Source of the DNA: Minisyncoccota bacterium
GTDB taxonomy: Bacteria; Patescibacteriota; Minisyncoccia; UBA6257; HR35
Direction: 5' to 3'
DNA: 32,208 nucleotides
NCBI GenBank assembly: GCA_028276315.1
Contig: JAPYWP010000001.1
Location: forward strand, 1-32,208
Shown here: piece by piece, positions 26,501 to 32,208 of the stretch
How the letters are laid out: each line of letters starts with the position of its first letter
Position numbering within the stretch: position 1 is the first letter of the stretch
Notes under the pieces: generated by a model
The model's database searches: none
What the model saw: only the letters and a program-made list of their open reading frames with translations
What the model was told of the DNA's origin: nothing
Made by a program: the position numbers and the translations under genes

Positions 26501-26974
26501 ATGAATAAAAAATTTAAAAAAATAAAAGCAGAGGCTCATTGTGATATTCCTTGTGGAATTTATGAACCAATAGCAGCAAAAATAGCAGCAAAAACAGTTT
26601 TAAGAATGATGCTTCAAATACAATCAATACCTATGCCAAAAGATTGGACAAATAAAGATGAAGTTTTATTTTATTTAAATGAAATTACAAGAAGAATTCA
26701 AACAAAAGAAGAACATGCTGAAATTTGTAAAAGAGAATTAAGGATACTTTGGGCAGACTTTTTTAAAAAAGAACATCTTGAAAAATATCCAAATTTACAT
26801 GATATTTTTTGGGAGGCATTAAAACTTGCATCTAAAGCAAAACAAAATATAGATCCTAAAATAGCAGAAGAACTTTGCAAAAAAGTTGATGAAATAGCAA
26901 AAATATTTTATGAAGTTAAAAATGATCCTGAAAGATTCAAAAGTTATTTAGACCTAACAGAAAAATTATTTTAA
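26501..26974 (+). CDS. sodN: Nickel superoxide dismutase precursor
   Basis: 12-aa leader followed by the Ni-hook HCDIPCGIYEP; KEEHAEICKRELRILWADFFK and KLASKAKQ helices. Confidence 0.93.
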   Translation: MNKKFKKIKAEAHCDIPCGIYEPIAAKIAAKTVLRMMLQIQSIPMPKDWTNKDEVLFYLNEITRRIQTKEEHAEICKRELRILWADFFKKEHLEKYPNLHDIFWEALKLASKAKQNIDPKIAEELCKKVDEIAKIFYEVKNDPERFKSYLDLTEKLF

Positions 26975-27225
26975 TGGATAAATTTTTAGTAAAAATTGAT
27001 GGTATTTCTTGTTTTCCAGATCTTTTACCTCAAAAAATTTATCTTGCAAAAAAAGTTAAAAATCCAAAAATTGGAGATTTTTTAGTCTTCAAATACAAAA
27101 ATAAAATTTTAGTTAAAAAATTGAGAAAAATTGAGAAAAATTTTTTAATTTTAGAAGACAATTTCAAAAACAACTATAAAATTAGAAAAACAAAAAATTT
27201 TTTAAAAATTATAAAAGAAATTTAA
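26974..27225 (+). CDS. sodX: Probable Ni-SOD maturation protease (SodX, peptidase S26-like)
   Basis: Coupled to sodN by TAATG. DGISCFPDL resembles GxSMxPTL (Ser), and KIGDFLVF...ILVKKL supplies the Lys of the dyad. Confidence 0.75.
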   Translation: MDKFLVKIDGISCFPDLLPQKIYLAKKVKNPKIGDFLVFKYKNKILVKKLRKIEKNFLILEDNFKNNYKIRKTKNFLKIIKEI

Positions 27226-27226
27226 A

Positions 27227-28353
27227 TTACTCGTTAGTATAATCCACAATTTTGCCATCTTTTATAAATTGCAAAGAAACTGGCAAATTTTCAACCTCAT
27301 GATTTTCGTTAAAAACTATAGTTCCGTTTACTGTTGTAAACTTATTTTTTTCAATATATTTATTAACATCATCTTTACTATTTGAAATTGCATCAACTAG
27401 AACGTATAGTGCATCATAAATTCTATCAGCTGATTTTGCTGGTTTTATTTTATAGAATTCTTCAAATTTTTTTTGAAAAGGCTTCTGGTTGAACTTCCCA
27501 ATTAACAAAAACAATTTCTTCTAAAAGATTTTTATCAATATTAGGATTTGAAATTAAATCTAAAATAGCAACATGGGTTATTATTTTTTGCCTTAAAATC
27601 TAATTCTTTTGCTCTTTTAAGAAAATTTTCCATATCTTTATCAACCATATCAATAAAAACTGCATCGACTCCTTTTTCTTTTAATTTCAAAATAGTTGTT
27701 CTAAAATCATTGTTGCCAATTTCATTATAACTTTCATCAATAACCTCTGTTCCATTATAATTTTTCATAATTTTTGAAAGAACATTTTTAATTTCTTCTC
27801 CAAAACTAGAAGCAAATCTAACTACCCCTAATTTTTTAACTCCTTCTTTTTTTAAATAAATTTCGACAACCTTAAGAACCTTTTCAAAAGAAGGCAACAT
27901 AGTAAAAGAATATTCATTTGTCTCAAAACTACCTTTAATTCTAAAATTTGTAGGAGTAATTAGAGTTATTTTATAATCTTTTGCTAAAGGAATAAGTGGT
28001 TGAGTTGTAAAATCCCATAAACTTCCTATAATTCCATCAACCTTATCTACATTAACTAGTTTTAAAAAAGCAGAAACAGCATCTTGAGCTTGTGTATGAT
28101 CATCTTCAAAAATAACTTCTAATTTTCTTCCATTAATACCTCCATTTTTATTAATCTCACTTGCTGCAAGCTCTATTGCTTTTTTAGCATAATCTCCATA
28201 ACTTGCCGCATAACCAGTTAAAGACAATATTACTCCAATTTTGATTTTTTCTTTTGTACTAAAAGTTTGCTTTTTACTTACACCATACCAAACCCCAACA
28301 ATAATAATTACAACAATAATTATTCCTATAATTATTTTTGTTGTTTTGTTCAT
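27227..28353 (-). pseudogene. LivJ-like (type I periplasmic-binding fold) ABC substrate-binding protein with two frameshifts
   Basis: KIKIGVILSLTG...GGINGRKLEVIFEDD and DFRTTILK. Removing one base from each of the runs at 27584..27589 and 27467..27474 gives a continuous 374-aa protein (...FKAKIITHVAILD...NWEVQPEAFSKKFEEFYK...YDALY...). Confidence 0.8.
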
Positions 28354-28422
28354 GTTTATTTTAGCAGTAAGTGCGTGAAATTGCTACTTACTAATTAATC
28401 TTGTCTTTTTTATAATTTTAAA

Positions 28423-28836
28423 TTAAATTTTCTCTTTAATTATTTCAATAAATTTTTCAATATCTTTTAAGCGTTGATGCAATATATCATAAACAATATC
28501 ATAATTCAATTCTTCATAATCATGAGCTATAATATTTCTAAAACCAACCATTTTAATTAATTTTTCGGCAAATTCTCTATCTATAATTCCCTCCTCGCTA
28601 AGAATAATAAAACTTTCTGCCATTGTTGTTGGCTTGCGAAGGTTTTTGAAAGATATTACTGCTTCAGCTATAGCAATAGTTGATTGAATAGCTAAATAAA
28701 GATAACGTTCTACTGCTCCGCGAATATCAATATCTTTCTCTATTTCTTCTCGAGAATATTCTTTATATCTTTCTAGTATTTTTAGATATTTTTGAACAGA
28801 ACTTATTTTGTTTTCTATAACATTAAAATTAATCAT
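28423..28836 (-). CDS. HEPN-domain (DUF86, HepT-like) RNase toxin
   Basis: R-X4-H motif with adjacent Tyr (RNIIAHDY), AVERYL; directly downstream of the MNT gene. Confidence 0.92.
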   Translation of the reverse strand: MINFNVIENKISSVQKYLKILERYKEYSREEIEKDIDIRGAVERYLYLAIQSTIAIAEAVISFKNLRKPTTMAESFIILSEEGIIDREFAEKLIKMVGFRNIIAHDYEELNYDIVYDILHQRLKDIEKFIEIIKEKI

Positions 28837-28838
28837 TT

Positions 28839-29228
28839 TTAAGATCGTGTTAGACCATATTTTAATAACATAGTGTGAAAATCAAAATACTCGTTTAATA
28901 TTTTAGGCTCAATTAAAATCTTAAATGGTTCACGTTCAAAAATTAAATTACCCTCTTTAATTATATTAAATTTCAACTCCGGACTTTCGCATATATTAAG
29001 AATTACTATATCAATATTGTCTGTTTTTAAAATTTGAGCTAACTGATTTAATAGCTCTATTTTGATATCGAACATTCTCTTTTTATCCTGTATATCAACA
29101 TAAATAGCAAAATCATAGTCACTAATTAACCCAGCATCTTTTCTAGCCCGAGAACCAAAAAGATAAGCAAGTTTAACTTCTGGATATTTGCTAAATACAT
29201 TTTTAATATTTTTCATTTTATCATCCAT
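28839..29228 (-). CDS. Minimal nucleotidyltransferase (MntA-like) antitoxin
   Basis: LFGSRARKDAGLISDYD = GSX10DXD, then IDIVILN. ATG at 29228 preferred over the track's TTG. Confidence 0.92.
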   Translation of the reverse strand: MDDKMKNIKNVFSKYPEVKLAYLFGSRARKDAGLISDYDFAIYVDIQDKKRMFDIKIELLNQLAQILKTDNIDIVILNICESPELKFNIIKEGNLIFEREPFKILIEPKILNEYFDFHTMLLKYGLTRS

Positions 29229-29320
29229 ATTAAGTATATTTTTATATTTTATCAAACTTTATTTACCATCATAAAATTAGTTGCTAAAAATTGCTTATGA
29301 TTTTAATCTTAAAGAAATAT

Positions 29321-29392
29321 TTATAAACAGAATACACCAATAGCGAGAATCGTAACAATTATTCCAATAATGATTTGAGTTTTTTTACTCAT
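29321..29392 (-). pseudogene. Remnant N-terminal signal-anchor of a third solute-binding-protein paralog
   Basis: MSKKTQIIIGIIVTILAIGVFCL* closely parallels MNKTTKIIIGIIIVVIIIVGVWYG of the gene starting at 28353; multiple stops follow. Confidence 0.55.
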
Positions 29393-29654
29393 AGTTCCCT
29401 GATTATAAACTGATAAACTATAAATACTACAAGGTAACTGTGAAAATTACTACCTAATGCTTATTTTTCGCTTTTTTGTGTTATTCTTATCTTGCTATTA
29501 ACAAAATTCTAGTTTTATATAATTATATTCTTATTAAAGTTTTTATTTACTCAAAAAATATAAAAACAAAAAAATTATTAAAATCGTTATTAAATCGCTT
29601 AACATTTATAATTATATTCTCTTAAATGTAAAAATCAATATAAAAATAGAAACA

Positions 29655-30425
29655 TTATTTATTTGAACTTTTGCTAAGCATTAAAATTAATCTTTCCTTT
29701 AGTTGAGGGGTAATTTTTCTATAATTTGAGGGTAGAAATTTTGCTAAATCAAAATAAATTTTCTTTTCTGGATATTCTTTAATTTTTTTCAAAAAATTAT
29801 CTTCATTAAAATTTAAATTTATTATTTTTAATTTTTTATCTAAAAGCTCTCTGTTTATTAAAGTTCCTTTCTCTAAAAGATACCACAAATCAAAAATATC
29901 TCTTCCCTTCTTTCTCCAAAGAAAAGCCCTAATTTTCTCTGTTAAAATTTCTTCTTCTTTTTCGCAAGAAATTAAAGAAACTGGGACGATTGGAAATTTC
30001 GTTTTTAAAGTAAAAATATTTGGTTCAAGAAAAATTTTTTCAAAAGAAAAATCTAATCTTATTGTTAATGGGTATTTAAAAAGTTTTCCTTGATATTTAA
30101 TTTTAAATCTTAAAGAATTTTTGGCTTGATAAAGAAAGTTTAAACTTAATTCTGGAATTTCTATTTTTAAAATTTTCATTGTTTTACTTAAAAGTTCTTT
30201 GATTGTTTTAAAAGAAAGAGTTGTTGAAAAATCTAAATCTTCAGAAAATCTTGGAGAGTTGTAAAATAAATGAAGACAGGTCCCTCCTTTAAAATAAATT
30301 TTTTCACTTAATTTTTCTCTGTAAAAATAATTTAAAAACAAAATTTGGAGATATTCGCGAAAGATTGTGAATTTATCAATTTTAAAATATTGAGAAAGTT
30401 CTTCCAATTGTGTTTCACTAATCAT
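29655..30425 (-). CDS. AbiEii family nucleotidyltransferase toxin (type IV TA)
   Basis: FKGGTCL...RFSEDLDFS, EKIRA...RKKGRDIFDL. Confidence 0.93.
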   Translation of the reverse strand: MISETQLEELSQYFKIDKFTIFREYLQILFLNYFYREKLSEKIYFKGGTCLHLFYNSPRFSEDLDFSTTLSFKTIKELLSKTMKILKIEIPELSLNFLYQAKNSLRFKIKYQGKLFKYPLTIRLDFSFEKIFLEPNIFTLKTKFPIVPVSLISCEKEEEILTEKIRAFLWRKKGRDIFDLWYLLEKGTLINRELLDKKLKIINLNFNEDNFLKKIKEYPEKKIYFDLAKFLPSNYRKITPQLKERLILMLSKSSNK

Positions 30426-31006
30426 ATTTTTAAAAGTTTCATTAATTTTTCTTGCTTGGTTTTCTTTAAAATAGAGGAAAATTTTTTCTTATCTATCATT
30501 TTTAAATCAAAATCATCTTTTTCAAAATTTCTTAATCCTTTAGAACATAAATAAAGATAATCAAAAAGAGCTTTTTCTGGTAAAGCAATCAAAAATTTTT
30601 CTTTTTTCTCATAGTCAAAAAATAACTCTAATTTAATATGGGAATAAGAAAATTCTTTATCCAAAGTTTTAATAATTTTTGTTTTTTTAGGAGTTACTGA
30701 AGTAATTTGATAAGGAAATTGACTGATTATCCCATAAAAAGATAGAGCAGATTCTAAAGAAATATAAGATGGAAAATATAAAAAATTTGCAATTTGAAAG
30801 TCATCGGTTTTTGAAAAAGTAAAAAGATATTTCTTTTTAGTTAATCTTTTTAAAATTCCTCTTTTTGTCAATCTTTCCAAAATTTTATAAGTAGTATTTT
30901 CTTTTTGAATTTTAAAAATTCTTTTAAAATCAAAGACAGTAAAAAGAGAAATTTCCTTTTGTCTCAACTTTTCTATAATTGCTGCTTGAGTTAACATTCC
31001 CGCCAT
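30422..31006 (-). CDS. AbiEi family antitoxin/transcriptional regulator (type IV TA)
   Basis: wHTH-like LERLTKRGILKRL, SYISLESALSFYGII, ALPEKALFDYLY. The track's TTG at 31042 is the -35 box, so ATG 31006 (or 30997) is preferred. Confidence 0.9.
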   Translation of the reverse strand: MAGMLTQAAIIEKLRQKEISLFTVFDFKRIFKIQKENTTYKILERLTKRGILKRLTKKKYLFTFSKTDDFQIANFLYFPSYISLESALSFYGIISQFPYQITSVTPKKTKIIKTLDKEFSYSHIKLELFFDYEKKEKFLIALPEKALFDYLYLCSKGLRNFEKDDFDLKMIDKKKFSSILKKTKQEKLMKLLKI

Positions 31007-31013
31007 CAGTACA

Positions 31014-31042
31014 ATTTTATACCAATTCTTTCCTCGTGTCAA
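31014..31042 (-). promoter_or_regulatory. Sigma70-type promoter of the abiE operon
   Basis: Minus strand TTGACA-17 nt-TAAAAT, then 7 nt to ATG 31006. Confidence 0.75.
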
Positions 31043-31101
31043 TTTTTATATTTTCGCACCTTCTTGGGGTTTTAACTAACTAAAACTAATTTATTCTTCA
31101 T

Positions 31102-31124
31102 ACGGCACAAATTTGCCGTTTTTT
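31102..31124 (+). terminator. Terminator-like hairpin with the U-tract on the plus strand
   Basis: ACGGCA-CAAATT-TGCCGT followed by TTTTT. Confidence 0.45.
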
Positions 31125-31135
31125 ATTGTTTTAAT

Positions 31136-32208
31136 TTATCTGCAAATTTCTTTAAAACTTTCATTATCAAACTGAACCACACGAAGAGGGTATATTACAT
31201 CTCTATTTTGTTGAACTCTACTAGAACCTAAAACTCCAGAAAAATTTTTTATTTCCGATAAACCCTTTTTTACTCCCTCTGTAGTATAACCATATTTTTC
31301 TATAGCGGATTTTAACATATATATTGCATCATAAGTAAACGCACTAAATGAGTTGGGCACTTCACCATACCTTTTCTTATACGATTCTATAAATTTAGAA
31401 ACTATGGGGTCACTACTAGAAGCATCAAACAACGTAGCAGTATAATATACACCATTTGCTGCTTCTCCTGTAGCTTTCAAATGCGCTGGTAGAGCTAACG
31501 CAAAATAAGCAAAAATAGGAATTTTAATATCTGCTTCTCTTAATTGTTTTATTAGTAAAGCTCCGGAAGAAGTATATCCTGAAATATATACTCCTTTTGA
31601 ATTAGAATATTTAACTTTTGTAACAATAGTTCTAAAATCAGTATCTGATTTTCCATATGCCTCTTTTATTACTAACTCACCTTTAAATCTATTTTCAAAA
31701 GCTTTCAAGGCAGAAACCCCAAACTCATCATTAACATATAAAAATGCTAATTTATCTATTTCTGGAAATTTATTTTCTAAACAAGATATCATAGTATTTG
31801 CATCGTCATTTTCGTTAGGAAAAAATCTAAATGCGTATTCACTTCTATCTGTAATTCCAGGTAGGGCAACAGCAGTTAATAATAAATTTATTTTTTTCTC
31901 GTTAGCAATTGGAATTAATGCATTTGAAACACCGCTTCCAAAAACAACTACAGCATAGACACTTTTTTAGTATTAACTATTTTATTAAATGCTGAAACTC
32001 CTTCTGCTGGGTCATTTTTAGAATCATCGTATATTACTTCTATTTTTCGACCATTTACTCCTCCATTAGAGTTAATTTCATCAATAGCTAAATCAATGCC
32101 ATTTTTTTGATATATTCCATTAGGAGCTGCACTTCCAGTTAATGGCAAAATTGCCCCAATCTTAATTGGTTCTTTTTCTGTAATAGAAGTTTGTTTTTTA
32201 CCAACTCC
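31136..32208 (-). pseudogene. Second LivJ-like ABC substrate-binding protein with one frameshift; 5' end outside the window
   Basis: EPIKIGAILPLTG...GGVNGRKIEVIYDD. Adding one base to the run at 31963..31968 joins the 31948..32148 ORF through VYAVVVFGSGVSNALIPIA...YAFRFFPN to the 31136..31792 ORF (DTDFRT, YDAIY). Confidence 0.8.

Noticed and set aside
3905..26880. Short shadow ORFs in the track (e.g. 3905..4126, 8456..8821, 9217..9535, 13421..13881, 14619..14921, 18557..19153, 21122..21502, 22195..22404, 23189..23565, 24059..24328, 26052..26317, 26698..26880)
   Set aside because: They overlap better-supported genes, mostly antisense, and have the F/L/S/I-rich composition expected from reverse-translating K/E-rich genes.
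29518..29620. 14-bp repeat TATAATTATATTCT at 29518..29531 and 29607..29620
   Set aside because: Almost entirely A/T in an extremely AT-rich spacer; at most tandem -10 boxes, too weak to call.
30345..30554. 69-aa plus-strand ORF
   Set aside because: Antisense shadow across the abiEi/abiEii junction with no motif.
28354..31135. Integron attC sites between the accessory genes
   Set aside because: No convincing RYYYAAC...GTTRRRY pair with a complementary stem was found by eye, and no integrase lies in the window.

Overview
Very AT-rich, densely packed bacterial chromosome segment using the standard genetic code. Its gene style points to Patescibacteria/CPR, probably Parcubacteria: short RpoB/RpoC, CPR-type bL28, extended uL22/uS19, bL9 present, almost no Shine-Dalgarno sites. 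This placement is inference, not a database result. Bases 1-26.4 kb are shuffled core genes: ftsH (partial), a tRNA-Ile with a UAU anticodon, rpoBC, recG, tandem RNase P RNA + tmRNA, an M16 peptidase, YbhB/PEBP, LemA, two fragments of the S10/spc ribosomal cluster, tuf, a divergent bS6, ssb, bL28, gap, rmuC, bL9, mutM, parB and lepA. Bases 26.4-32.2 kb are accessory: a Ni-SOD (sodN) with its maturation protease, then LivJ-like solute-binding-protein paralogs (two frameshifted, one remnant) alternating with MNT-HEPN and AbiE toxin-antitoxin modules. The most striking observations concern translation: a structurally complete tmRNA whose tag frame appears to be only three codons (A-V-A-stop), tRNA-Ile(UAU), a reduced RNase P RNA apparently co-transcribed with tmRNA, and a repeated TATAAT-N6-ATG (leaderless) architecture. 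An exact 30-bp duplication of the lepA 3' end also supplies the apparent sodN promoter.
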